Source: Nannocystaceae bacterium
GTDB lineage: Bacteria; Myxococcota_A; Polyangia; Nannocystales; Nannocystaceae
Assembly (NCBI GenBank): GCA_019694555.1
Contig: JAIBBS010000017.1
Coordinates: forward strand, 5,826-69,825
DNA length: 64,000 bases
Reading direction: 5' to 3'
Numbering within the stretch: position 1 is the stretch's first letter; each line of letters begins with the position of its first letter. Below the pieces are notes generated by a model. That model had not been told where the DNA came from. It saw nothing but the letters and a program-made list of their open reading frames with translations, and made no database searches. This document shows, piece after piece, positions 9,194-17,685 of this stretch. A program made the translations under genes and the position numbers.

Positions 9194-10260
9194 GCACGCG
9201 CGCTGCGGCGACGTCGTGGTCGCGACGCTCGCTGTCGCGGGCGGTGCTCGCGAGCCTGGTGCTGCCGGCGGGCTGCGGCGGCAAGTCGAAGCCGGTGCTG
9301 TCGCTGTACAACTGGGGCGACTACATCGCGCGCAGCGTGCTCGATGCCTTCGTCGCGCGCGAGGTCGCGGCCGGACGACCGCTCGAGATCGTCGAGGACG
9401 TGTTCTTGTCCGAGGCCGAGATGGTCGCGAAGCTCAAGACGCTCGCGGCCTACGACGTGGTGTTCCCGATCGACTACCTGCTCGACGAGCTGGTGCGCAA
9501 CGGATCGCTCGCGCGCATCGACCCCGCGACGGTGCCGGGCATCAAGCACCTGGGCAAGCACTTCCAGCCCTGGCACAACGACGAGGGCACGGTCTACGCG
9601 ATCCCCTATCTGTGGGGCACGACCGGCATCGGCTACGACAGCGAGAAGGTCGACAAGCCCACCAGCTGGAAGGCGCTGTTCGACGCGCGCTACGCCGGGC
9701 ACATCAGCGTGATCGACAGCAAGGGCGACGTCATGGATCAGGCGTTGCTGGCGGCCGGACTCGACATCAACAGCCGCGACAAGGCCAAGATCCGCGAGGT
9801 CGTGGGCCCGATGCTGCAGCAGCAGAAGGAGATCCTGCGCGCCTACGACAGCAACCCCGCGCGCGCGCTGGTCAGCGGCGACACCTGGATCGCGCAGATC
9901 GACAGCGGCGACTTGCTGGCGGCGCAGGCGAGCAAGCCCAGCTTGCAGTACGTGATCCCCGACGAGGGCGCGGCGCTGTGGACCGACTACGTCGCGGTCG
10001 CGTCGCAATCGAAGTCACGCGAGCTCGCGCTGCGCTTCATCGACTACCTGCTCGAGCCCGAGGTCGCGGCCGCCAACGCCAATGCGCTGTCGTTCGCCAC
10101 GCCCAACGCGACCGCGCTGGAGCAGGACCTCATCGACGCGGCCGACGACCCGCACATCTACCCGCCGCCCGAGGTCATCGCGCACCTGCAGCGCAGCCAG
10201 AACTGGGTCGGCGGCAACGCGGCTCTGGTCGACGAGCTGTGGCAACAGCTGCGGGGCTAG
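9154..10260 (+). CDS. spermidine/putrescine-type ABC substrate-binding lipoprotein (PotD/PotF family)
   Basis: A lipobox (LVLPAGCGG) is followed by PotD-like sequence: LSLYNWGDYIA, AIPYLWGTTGIGYD, DEGAALWTDYV. There is no in-frame ATG. Candidate starts are the GTG at 9154 (Tat-like SRRSLSRAVLASL signal) or the CTG at 9190, which overlaps the potA stop. Confidence 0.8.
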   Translation: MLGRRRRDGLPTLSTRAAATSWSRRSLSRAVLASLVLPAGCGGKSKPVLSLYNWGDYIARSVLDAFVAREVAAGRPLEIVEDVFLSEAEMVAKLKTLAAYDVVFPIDYLLDELVRNGSLARIDPATVPGIKHLGKHFQPWHNDEGTVYAIPYLWGTTGIGYDSEKVDKPTSWKALFDARYAGHISVIDSKGDVMDQALLAAGLDINSRDKAKIREVVGPMLQQQKEILRAYDSNPARALVSGDTWIAQIDSGDLLAAQASKPSLQYVIPDEGAALWTDYVAVASQSKSRELALRFIDYLLEPEVAAANANALSFATPNATALEQDLIDAADDPHIYPPPEVIAHLQRSQNWVGGNAALVDELWQQLRG

Positions 10261-10889
10261 CCCTCGTCGCCGTCGCTGCCGCCCTGGCCGAAGTCCTTCT
10301 GCAGCGCCGCGGCCCAGCGATCGAGGTCGTCGATCGTGCTGCGGATCAGCTGATCCGACACGTGCATGGCCTCGATGCGCTCGCGCAGCATCTGCCGCGC
10401 GCGGAACAGCCGGCTCTTCACGGTGCCGGTCTGCACCCCGAGCACCGCGGCGATGTCCGCCACGCCCATGCCCTCCCAGTAGTGCAGCTCGACGCAGATC
10501 TGGAAGTCGATCGGGATGCTGCGCAGGCCCTTGAGCAGCAGCTTCTTCTCTTCGTGCATCGCCCGCAGCTGGCTCGGCGTGCCCATGAGGTCCTCGGCCG
10601 AGACCTCCATGAAATCCTCGAGCTTGCCGTGCGTGCGCTTGTTCCGATACTGGTGGAACAGCAGGTGCCGCGCGATGCCCAGCAGGTACGCGCGGAAGGT
10701 GCCTTCCTTGATGCGGTCGAAGCTCTCGAGGCTGGCCAGGAAGGTCCGCTGCGTCAGATCCTCGACGTCGCTGTCGATCTTGCTGCGGAAGAAGCGATAG
10801 ACGCTGCTGAAGTGACGGTCCACGAGCTCGTTGCCCGCGGCCTTGTCGCCGTCCTTCCAGCGCTTGAGCAGCTCGAAATCGTCGCTCAA
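10257..10889 (-). CDS. ECF (sigma-70 family) RNA polymerase sigma factor
   Basis: The sigma-2 region (DLTQRTFLASLESFDRIKEG, FRAYLLGIARHLLFHQYR) and the sigma-4 HTH (ADIAAVLGVQTGTVKSRLFRARQMLR) are both present. Confidence 0.9.
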   Translation of the reverse strand: MSDDFELLKRWKDGDKAAGNELVDRHFSSVYRFFRSKIDSDVEDLTQRTFLASLESFDRIKEGTFRAYLLGIARHLLFHQYRNKRTHGKLEDFMEVSAEDLMGTPSQLRAMHEEKKLLLKGLRSIPIDFQICVELHYWEGMGVADIAAVLGVQTGTVKSRLFRARQMLRERIEAMHVSDQLIRSTIDDLDRWAAALQKDFGQGGSDGDEG

Positions 10890-10935
10890 CTCGTCCAGCC
10901 TACGTCGTTTGCCAGCCGAGCACCACCGCCCGGGT

Positions 10936-11679
10936 TCAGCGCGGCCGCCGGGGCTCGCGGAGCACCCGCAGGAACCAGGCCACGCCGGCCGCGAGCGTCA
11001 CCAACGAGAACGCACCGCAGGCCAGGCCCCAGAGCCAGTAGGTGCCGCCCAGGGCCTGGGCCATCTGGGCCGTGTCCGAGGGCATGGTGCCCGCACCGGT
11101 CACCGCGGTGTCGGTGAAGAGGTAGTCGGCGCGCGAGAAGACCGACAGCGCCAGCTGGGTCGCCAGGAACACGCAGCCCAGCTGCGCGGTGGCGTCGCTG
11201 CCGCGCACCGCCAGCCACGCGGCCGCGCCGGCGACCGCGATCGTGAACACGATGCCGAACGGATTTCGCACCACGAGCGTGAGCGCAACGACCAACGCGA
11301 TCGCGATGACACCCAGCAGCGTCCGCGCGCCGCGACGCGAGCGACCGGCCGCGAACGCGATCGCGGCGACGACCGCGGGCCCCAGCAGACCGCCCGCAGC
11401 GGTGAGGCCGTGCGCGAGGTGACCGCCGCCGCCGCTGTGACGCGCGACGCCGGAGCCATCGGCGAAGATCGCCAGCGACTCGAAGCTCCCGCCGGTCAGC
11501 ATCGCCGCGACGCCGTGCCCCAGCTCGTGGAACAGCGTCGACAGCAGCAACAGCGGGTATGCCAGCAACGCGCCGAACGGCACCAGGTACAGCGCGAGCG
11601 TGAGCACCACGCTCCACTTGAGCGCCGCACGGGCGCGCCTGCGCGTCGCGGCATCTTCGAGCCAGTCGAGGTGGTGCAT
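10936..11679 (-). CDS. membrane metalloprotease, M50 (site-2 protease)-like
   Basis: The HELGH zinc motif lies inside a TM helix, and the protein has multiple hydrophobic segments. It is located immediately upstream of the ECF sigma gene on the same strand. Confidence 0.65.
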   Translation of the reverse strand: MHHLDWLEDAATRRRARAALKWSVVLTLALYLVPFGALLAYPLLLLSTLFHELGHGVAAMLTGGSFESLAIFADGSGVARHSGGGGHLAHGLTAAGGLLGPAVVAAIAFAAGRSRRGARTLLGVIAIALVVALTLVVRNPFGIVFTIAVAGAAAWLAVRGSDATAQLGCVFLATQLALSVFSRADYLFTDTAVTGAGTMPSDTAQMAQALGGTYWLWGLACGAFSLVTLAAGVAWFLRVLREPRRPR

Positions 11680-11744
11680 GGCGAAACCCCCGAGCTTGGG
11701 ATACCACGCGCAGCGCGGCGTGCATTCCGGCTACACTGCCATCC

Positions 11745-12161
11745 GTGCAGAACGCCTCGGACACGCCCGATCGCCGAGTCGTCGCGACGCACCCGCGCGC
11801 GCGCACCCGCCTGCCCCGCCCCATCGCGCGCGCGGCCGGGCTCGCACTCGCGCTCGCGACCGCGCCCTGGGCCTGCGGCGACGTGGAGCCCGACCACCCC
11901 GTGACCACCAGCGCCGGTCACGACTCCGGCGCCAGCGGCGACTCCACGGCCGACACCACCGCCGGCTGCACCATCGGCACCGAGGGCTGCGCCTGCACCC
12001 CCGGCGGCGCGTGCGACGACGGGCTGTCGTGCCTGTCGATGCTCTGCGTCGACGCGGGCAACCAGTGCACCGCGGGCACCGAGGGCTGCCCCTGCATCGG
12101 CGGCCTGACGTGCATGTCGCCGCTGGTGTGCTTGTCCGATACGTGCGTGATGCCGCGATGA
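11745..12161 (+). CDS. Cys-rich secreted lipoprotein with repeated GTEGCxCxxGGxC motif
   Basis: There is a signal peptide plus lipobox (LALALATAPWACG). An internal repeat is present: GTEGCACTPGGACDDGLSCLSMLC and GTEGCPCIGGLTCMSPLVC. Confidence 0.45.
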   Translation: MQNASDTPDRRVVATHPRARTRLPRPIARAAGLALALATAPWACGDVEPDHPVTTSAGHDSGASGDSTADTTAGCTIGTEGCACTPGGACDDGLSCLSMLCVDAGNQCTAGTEGCPCIGGLTCMSPLVCLSDTCVMPR

Positions 12162-12174
12162 TCGCGACGCACGA

Positions 12175-13077
12175 TCACGGCGCCGGCGGCTGAGCCGACT
12201 CGGCCGCCTTGCCCCCCGCACCCCCGGCCGGCGCCGTCTGGGCGCCACCGGTGGGCTTGGCGAACTTGCTGCCGTCGACGGGCACGTCGATCTCCACCAC
12301 CGTCAGCATCTGCGTCGCCTTGGCGATGCCGATGTCCATGACTTGCTTGTGCGGCAGCTTGAAGCCCTTCACGTCGCGGTAGTCCTGCAGCTCGACGGTG
12401 ACGGGGGTCTCGCCCATCGGGGTCTGCTGCTTGAATTGATGCGCGACCTGCAGGCCGCTTTCCGCGTCGAACGACAGCGTGACGGTCGCGCCGCTCTTGG
12501 CAGTGAGCTCGACGTCGTAGACCGGCTTGCCGCCGAGGTCGCGCTTGCCGACCGTGCGTGCCGCGGTGAAGTAGCGCTGCCACTGCGCCGGCAGCGATGG
12601 GCTCGACGCCCACGCCTGCTGCTCGGCTTCGATGCCGGTGAGCGTGCGCAGGCCGCTGACGGGATCGTCGGCCCAGATCACGTCGCCCTGCTTGCCCGCG
12701 CGCACCGTGCCCACGCCGACCATGGTCTGCTCGCTGTAGAAGTCGCCGGCCTTCCACCACAGCTTCATGTCGCCGCCGATGTTCTGCGACAGCACCGCGA
12801 CCGTGCCCTCGAGGTGCAGGCTCTGCAGCTGCTCGATCTTGTCCTTGCCGCCCTGCGCGACCGTGGCCTTCTCCAGCAGCGACTCCGCGCTGGGCAGATC
12901 CGACGCCGTCGCGTTGCCGTCGGCCTTGGTGTCGCCCGACTTGCCGTCGGCCTTGGCGGTCGCGCCCTTGGCGTCGGTGGTCGTGCTCTCGGCTTTCTTC
13001 GCGTCGCACGCGGCGGGCACGAGCAACAGTGCAAGGGACAGGCGCAGCCACGGGCTGCGACGGCGCGGACGGTTCAC
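12175..13077 (-). CDS. lipoprotein, hypothetical
   Basis: The GTG start at 13077 gives VNRPRRRSPWLRLSLALLLVPAAC, a lipoprotein signal, followed by a K/T/A-rich linker and a globular domain. It overlaps the stop of the upstream S41 peptidase (GTGA). Confidence 0.6.
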   Translation of the reverse strand: MNRPRRRSPWLRLSLALLLVPAACDAKKAESTTTDAKGATAKADGKSGDTKADGNATASDLPSAESLLEKATVAQGGKDKIEQLQSLHLEGTVAVLSQNIGGDMKLWWKAGDFYSEQTMVGVGTVRAGKQGDVIWADDPVSGLRTLTGIEAEQQAWASSPSLPAQWQRYFTAARTVGKRDLGGKPVYDVELTAKSGATVTLSFDAESGLQVAHQFKQQTPMGETPVTVELQDYRDVKGFKLPHKQVMDIGIAKATQMLTVVEIDVPVDGSKFAKPTGGAQTAPAGGAGGKAAESAQPPAP

Positions 13078-14510
13078 GGTGGCGCTCCTGGGGCTTTGGG
13101 ATCGGTCGACGCAGACGTGGCGTCGCTGCGCATGGCCGCGACCGCGGCCTCGAGCACGGGATCGTGCCCACCCACGAAGGCCTCGCGGGTCTCGGGCACG
13201 AGCACGTCGGGCACCACACCGACCCCCTCGACCACGGTGCCCTTGGGCGAGCGATAGTCGCCCACGACATACTGCAGGATCGCGCCGCCGGGCAGCTCGT
13301 CGATCACCGACGGCAGCGCCGCGCCGGCCGACGCGCGACCGCCGAAGATCGTCACGCGACCGAGGTCGCGCAGGCCCGCGGCGAAGATCTCCGACGTGCT
13401 GGCGGTGCCCTCGTCGACCAGCAGCGCGACCTTGCCGGTGAAGCCCAGCGCGTTGCCCTCGACGTTGAACTCCTGCTTGAAGTCGCGAAACTGCAGCGTG
13501 CCCAGGCTGCCGGGCTGCGACAGCAGCATGCGCGCCACCGGCACGCTCATGGCCCCGACGCCGCCGGGGTTGCCGCGCAGATCGAGCACCAGCGCGGTCA
13601 TGCCCGCGTTGCGCAGCTCGGCCATGCCGGCCTCGACGCGCTTGACCATCGGCAACATCCACACGTTGAACGCGAGGTAGCCGACGGTGGTGCCCGGCAT
13701 CATGCGCCAGTTCACGCGGGTCGGGATGTTCTCGAGGTTGCCCAGGGTCACGCGCTCGCCCTCGGGCTCGGCGCACTGCAGCATGCGGATGACCTGGCGA
13801 CCGTCGGCCTCGGCCAGCTTGACCTTCTTGGCCTGGCCCGCGCGTGCGCACGACAGCCGCGCCGAGGCCACGCGCCCCAGCTCGAACGCGAGCTCGCTCG
13901 GACGCTCGGCGCGCGCACGCAGCCGCGCGATGGCCTCGTCGAAATCGCGATCGTCGACCGCGAGCAGCGTCGCGCCGGGCTCGACCTTGCCCAGGTGACC
14001 GCCGGCGCGGCTGTCGACCACGACCAGGCGATCGTCGATCCAGCGCACCGACAGCGGTGGCTCGGCCGAGCCCTCGCGGCGTTCGTCCTCGTCACCGCCG
14101 CCGCCGGGCGGGAACAGACGGAAGTGGCTCTGCCCCAGCTCGCCGAGCATCTCGTTGATGATCGCGTAGCCGCGCTCGGCGTCCTCGATCCCGACCAGCT
14201 TCTGCGCGTAGCTCAGGCGCAGCGCCGGCCAGTCCTTGCAACCCAGCGTCGGGTCGTAGTGCTTCTGCAGCACGCGCAGCCACACCTGCTGCAGCGTGTC
14301 GGCGTAGCGGCTCGCCGGCAGCGGCGGCAAGGTCGAGGGATCGAGCGTGCCGTAGTCGATGCACGCGGGCGAAGGCGGCGTGGCGGCCTTGGCCTCGGGC
14401 GTCGGCGCGGTCTCGGATCCAGCGGGCGCGGGCGTCGGCGCTGCGCCGCCGCAACCGAGCGCGAGCGCGAACACGGCGGCCACGGGGCCGCGACCGCGGG
14501 TCGGGATCAT
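13074..14510 (-). CDS. S41 family C-terminal processing peptidase (lipoprotein)
   Basis: The ATG at 14510 gives MIPTRGRGPVAAVFALALGCGG. Motifs include VLDLRGNPGG, LVDEGTASTSEIFA and an S41 catalytic-region signature. Confidence 0.85.
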   Translation of the reverse strand: MIPTRGRGPVAAVFALALGCGGAAPTPAPAGSETAPTPEAKAATPPSPACIDYGTLDPSTLPPLPASRYADTLQQVWLRVLQKHYDPTLGCKDWPALRLSYAQKLVGIEDAERGYAIINEMLGELGQSHFRLFPPGGGGDEDERREGSAEPPLSVRWIDDRLVVVDSRAGGHLGKVEPGATLLAVDDRDFDEAIARLRARAERPSELAFELGRVASARLSCARAGQAKKVKLAEADGRQVIRMLQCAEPEGERVTLGNLENIPTRVNWRMMPGTTVGYLAFNVWMLPMVKRVEAGMAELRNAGMTALVLDLRGNPGGVGAMSVPVARMLLSQPGSLGTLQFRDFKQEFNVEGNALGFTGKVALLVDEGTASTSEIFAAGLRDLGRVTIFGGRASAGAALPSVIDELPGGAILQYVVGDYRSPKGTVVEGVGVVPDVLVPETREAFVGGHDPVLEAAVAAMRSDATSASTDPKAPGAPP

Positions 14511-15214
14511 TCGTAGGTGACGCGCTCGAGCGCGGCGAGATCCAGCACCACGATCTCCTGCCGGCTCAAGTTGAGGATGCCGTTGCGCTGCATGCGATTG
14601 AGCGCGCGCGAGATCTCCTCGCGCACGGTGCCCAGTCGCGCCGCGACGGTGTTCATGTCGAGCTGACGCGGGATCACGGTCTGCTTGCCCGGCTCGGCGC
14701 CGTTGCGCACCGCGAGCGTGAACAGGAAAGAAGCCAGGCGGCGTTCGACCGAGCGCAGCGACAGATCGAGCACGAGGTCGATCAGGCGGTTGGCGCGGAA
14801 GGCCATGTGCCGCATCAGCGCGAACGCCAGCGCCTCCGAGCGCGCGGTCAGCTTCACCACCGCGTCGGTCTCGAAGCGATAGACCTCGGAGTCGGCCATC
14901 GCGAACGCACTCGCAGCGCACTGCACGTCGCGCGGCAGGAAGCCCTCGCCGATCATCTTGCCGGGCTCCGCGAGGTACAGGATCTGCTCGCGGCCCTCGC
15001 TCGAGATCAGGCTCAGCTTGAACTCGCCCGACTTCACCAGGAACAGCCCGGGGCCGGGCTCACCGCGACGGAACAGCGAGCGCTTGCGCTTGACGTCGAG
15101 CAGCTCGGCGATCTGGCACAGCTGGCCCAGCACGTCGTCGGGCACGCGGTCCCACCCTGCCCAGCGCTTGAGCATCTTCGAGACCAGCTCGGCGTCCCCG
15201 GCGTCGACTGCCAT
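14507..15214 (-). CDS. Crp/Fnr family transcriptional regulator
   Basis: It has a cNMP-binding-like domain (GEFKLSLISSEGREQILYLAEPGKMIGE) and a C-terminal HTH (RQLDMNTVAARLGTVREEISRALNRMQRNGIL). Its stop overlaps the start of the S41 gene. Confidence 0.85.
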   Translation of the reverse strand: MAVDAGDAELVSKMLKRWAGWDRVPDDVLGQLCQIAELLDVKRKRSLFRRGEPGPGLFLVKSGEFKLSLISSEGREQILYLAEPGKMIGEGFLPRDVQCAASAFAMADSEVYRFETDAVVKLTARSEALAFALMRHMAFRANRLIDLVLDLSLRSVERRLASFLFTLAVRNGAEPGKQTVIPRQLDMNTVAARLGTVREEISRALNRMQRNGILNLSRQEIVVLDLAALERVTYE

Positions 15215-15336
15215 GCCGCGCAGTGTAACTCCATGGGACGACTCATGCGACTGTTCTCACGGCTCGGCAGCGCGCCGATGGCCCTGCTGCTGTCGCGCCG
15301 CGGGGCTCGGCGGCGCGGGACCAGGCGTTCAGGGGT

Positions 15337-15681
15337 TCACGCGGGCTCGAAGCGACCCGCGCGGAACAGCCCGGATTTGCGGCCCAGCGGCGGGGACTCC
15401 GGCGCGAGCTGGCGCAGCCAGGTCCACGAGTAGATCCCGGCGTCGTGTCCGTCGCTGAAGCGAATCCCCAGCGCATAGGCGCCCATCTCGTGAAGACCCA
15501 CCGCGGTCACCTCCGCGGGCGGTTCGTGGAAGCGGACCACGTCGCCGTGACCCTGGCACTGCGCGCACGGACACCAGCCGCGCAGATATGGGATCGGCAG
15601 CTCGCTGCGGCTGCCGTCGGCCCACGTGATCGCGAGCAGATTCTCGCCGCGGTGGTGGGCGACATCGAGCGGCTGCGCCAT
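15337..15681 (-). CDS. DUF971-like protein (gamma-butyrobetaine hydroxylase N-terminal-like zinc domain)
   Basis: The ATG at 15681 gives MAQPLDVAHHRGENLLAITWADGSRSELPIPYLRGWCPCAQC..., which matches the DUF971 pattern. Confidence 0.6.
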   Translation of the reverse strand: MAQPLDVAHHRGENLLAITWADGSRSELPIPYLRGWCPCAQCQGHGDVVRFHEPPAEVTAVGLHEMGAYALGIRFSDGHDAGIYSWTWLRQLAPESPPLGRKSGLFRAGRFEPA

Positions 15682-15795
15682 GCGGCCGCGAGCATACCGC
15701 GACCGTCGGCGTTGCCGCGCGACGCCGGTCGCGCCGCGCACTCGCGCGAGCGCGGGGTTGCCGTGGCTGCCGTGACCGCGTCAAGCTCGGCCTCG

Positions 15796-16161
15796 ATGCT
15801 GCCGTTTTGCCGCCCTGCGCCGCTGGCGATGCTCCTGCTCGCGCTGTCGTGTCAGCGAGATCCCGCCCAACCCGCCGAGGGCGGTGGCGAAGGCGGTGGC
15901 TCGACCGGCGACTTCGATGCGCAGCTCGAAGAGGCGTGCCGGCCGTGGTGCATGCACAACCTCGACTGCAACCCCGGTGCGACCGAGGTCGAGACCTGCA
16001 CGGCGTCGTGCGTCGAGGTCGAGTCGAAGTACGCGCAGGACTCGCAAGAGTGCCGCGACGCCGTGATCGCGTTCTACGACTGCCTCACGACCGCGATGTG
16101 CGGTGGCGGCTCGAGCTGTCAGGACCAGAGCACCGCCGTGCACGATCTCTGCGGCGCCTGA
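15796..16161 (+). CDS. small Cys-rich secreted lipoprotein (121 aa)
   Basis: MLPFCRPAPLAMLLLALSC is a lipobox. The protein contains 10 or more Cys in a compact acidic domain. It is divergent from the DUF971 gene. Confidence 0.5.
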   Translation: MLPFCRPAPLAMLLLALSCQRDPAQPAEGGGEGGGSTGDFDAQLEEACRPWCMHNLDCNPGATEVETCTASCVEVESKYAQDSQECRDAVIAFYDCLTTAMCGGGSSCQDQSTAVHDLCGA

Positions 16162-16190
16162 GCGCCGCGTCCACGGACGCGGGCGTTCTC

Positions 16191-17084
16191 TCAGCTGCCC
16201 ATCGCGCGCAGGACCCCGTCGAGGCGGTGGCACAGCTCGACCGGCACCCACAGCGCGCGGCCGTGCGGGCCGCCGCGGAACGCCAGGCCGCAGCTCTCGA
16301 GCTCGGCGCACGGCGTCGGTGCCGGCGTCGCGTCGCCGACCGCCATCGCGACGCGCTCCTGTTGCAGCACCGCCTCGATGCCGCGCGCGTCGAGTCGATC
16401 GCGCACGAGCGCGGCCAGCAGCACCAGCGCGTCGCTCGACAGCGTCGCGACCAGGATGCCCAGCAGGTGATCGTCGCGCAGCACCTGCTCGACCTCGAGC
16501 TCGATCGCGCCGCGCATGGTGGTCACGCCGATGCCGGTGGCGGCCATGCGCCGCGACAGGCCCAGCCGCCGCGCGATCACGGTCAGGGCCATGTCGCCGG
16601 CCTGCTCGAGGCCCGCGCGCAGCGAACGGGATCGCAGCGCGTCGTCGCTGCTGGCCGGCGTCGATTCCTCGGGCGCGCGATCGGGCTGCACCAGCGGCGC
16701 GGTCAGCTCGCGGTCGTCGATGCGGATCGCGAGCTCGAACGCCCGCAGCCGCGCGCGCTCGTGACCCACGAGCCCCGCGACCATCGCCCGCGTGACCGCG
16801 CGCAACGCCGCGACGCCGTCGGCCGCGACGGTGTGCTCGATGCGATCGGGCTCGGCGAGATAGCGCGCCGTCACGGCATCGGCGTGCGCGAGCCGTGAGA
16901 CCAACTCGACCGGCCAGCGCGTGAACGGATGACCGCTGGCGTGCAGCGCCCGCAGCAATCGCGCGACCGAGCGACGCGTCGCGCGGACCTCGTCGTGCAG
17001 CGGCATCGGCTCGGCGTTGGGCTGCGGCTCACCGGCGATCAGGCGCAAGCGCGGGCTCGACTCGCTCTGCATGTCTGGCTGCAT
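16191..17084 (-). CDS. hypothetical protein
   Basis: The ATG at 17084 (MQPDMQSESS...) begins a 297-aa non-repetitive Ala/Leu/Arg-rich protein. The upstream half of the listed ORF is junk. Confidence 0.35.
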   Translation of the reverse strand: MQPDMQSESSPRLRLIAGEPQPNAEPMPLHDEVRATRRSVARLLRALHASGHPFTRWPVELVSRLAHADAVTARYLAEPDRIEHTVAADGVAALRAVTRAMVAGLVGHERARLRAFELAIRIDDRELTAPLVQPDRAPEESTPASSDDALRSRSLRAGLEQAGDMALTVIARRLGLSRRMAATGIGVTTMRGAIELEVEQVLRDDHLLGILVATLSSDALVLLAALVRDRLDARGIEAVLQQERVAMAVGDATPAPTPCAELESCGLAFRGGPHGRALWVPVELCHRLDGVLRAMGS

Positions 17085-17186
17085 CGCTGTCCGAGGCCAC
17101 GGGCTTGAAGCCGCCGCGCGCACCGTCGGCCCCGATCCCGGCCGCTTCGCCGGAAACTTGGTCGTGGCGCGCCTACATGTAGGATA

Positions 17187-17627
17187 GTGACGATGGAGCC
17201 CGAGAACCCGCACCACAGCGCTCCCCGCAGCTTTCGCGTGCAGCCGTTGCCGCGCCCCGGCGGTCCCCCGTTCGATCGCCGCAAGCGGCGATCGAGCTCC
17301 GCCGCGGTGGCGATCGAGCTCGCGCTCACCAGCGCCGCCGCGCGTGCGCGTCTGGACGCGATGCTCGTGGTCGACGACGACGGCATGCTGGTCGCGCGCA
17401 GCCGCGGCACGCTCGATCTGTCGATGCTGGCCGCGGTCACGCCCATCGTGGGCCGCGGTCAGGCCATCCCGCGCATCAAGCGAGAGGGCCGACAGCTCGA
17501 CATGAGCGTCGAGGTGATCGAGATCGCCGGCGATCGCTACTACGTCGCCGCGCTCGGCGGGCGCTACCTCGAGCGCCGCCGCGAGCTCGAAGACGGCGCC
17601 GCCGCGGCGCGCCGGATCCTGGCTTGA
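17187..17627 (+). CDS. roadblock/LC7 (MglB-like) domain protein
   Basis: IELALTSAAARARLDAMLVVDDDGMLVARSRG...LSMLAAVTP resembles a roadblock/LC7 fold. The start could be the downstream ATG. Confidence 0.4.
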   Translation: MTMEPENPHHSAPRSFRVQPLPRPGGPPFDRRKRRSSSAAVAIELALTSAAARARLDAMLVVDDDGMLVARSRGTLDLSMLAAVTPIVGRGQAIPRIKREGRQLDMSVEVIEIAGDRYYVAALGGRYLERRRELEDGAAAARRILA

Positions 17628-17685
17628 ACCGGGACGCTTCCGCTGGCTCCGCGACGAGAGCCCTTCGGCCTCGGTGGATGGGCGT

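Noticed and set aside
9216-11117. 633-aa plus-strand ORF spanning the PotD, ECF sigma and M50 gene region
   Set aside because: It is out of frame with PotD on the same strand, antisense to the ECF sigma and M50-like genes, and its product is Arg/Gly/Ala/Pro-rich with no motifs.
15214-15336. Possible small gene or ncRNA in the 120-bp gap between the Crp gene and the DUF971 gene, and similar 100-200-bp gaps (17085..17186, 42102..42294)
   Set aside because: There is no ORF with a plausible start or RBS, and no convincing conserved RNA structure that I can recognise by eye. They are most simply promoter or UTR regions, and I cannot evaluate them further without covariance-model searches.
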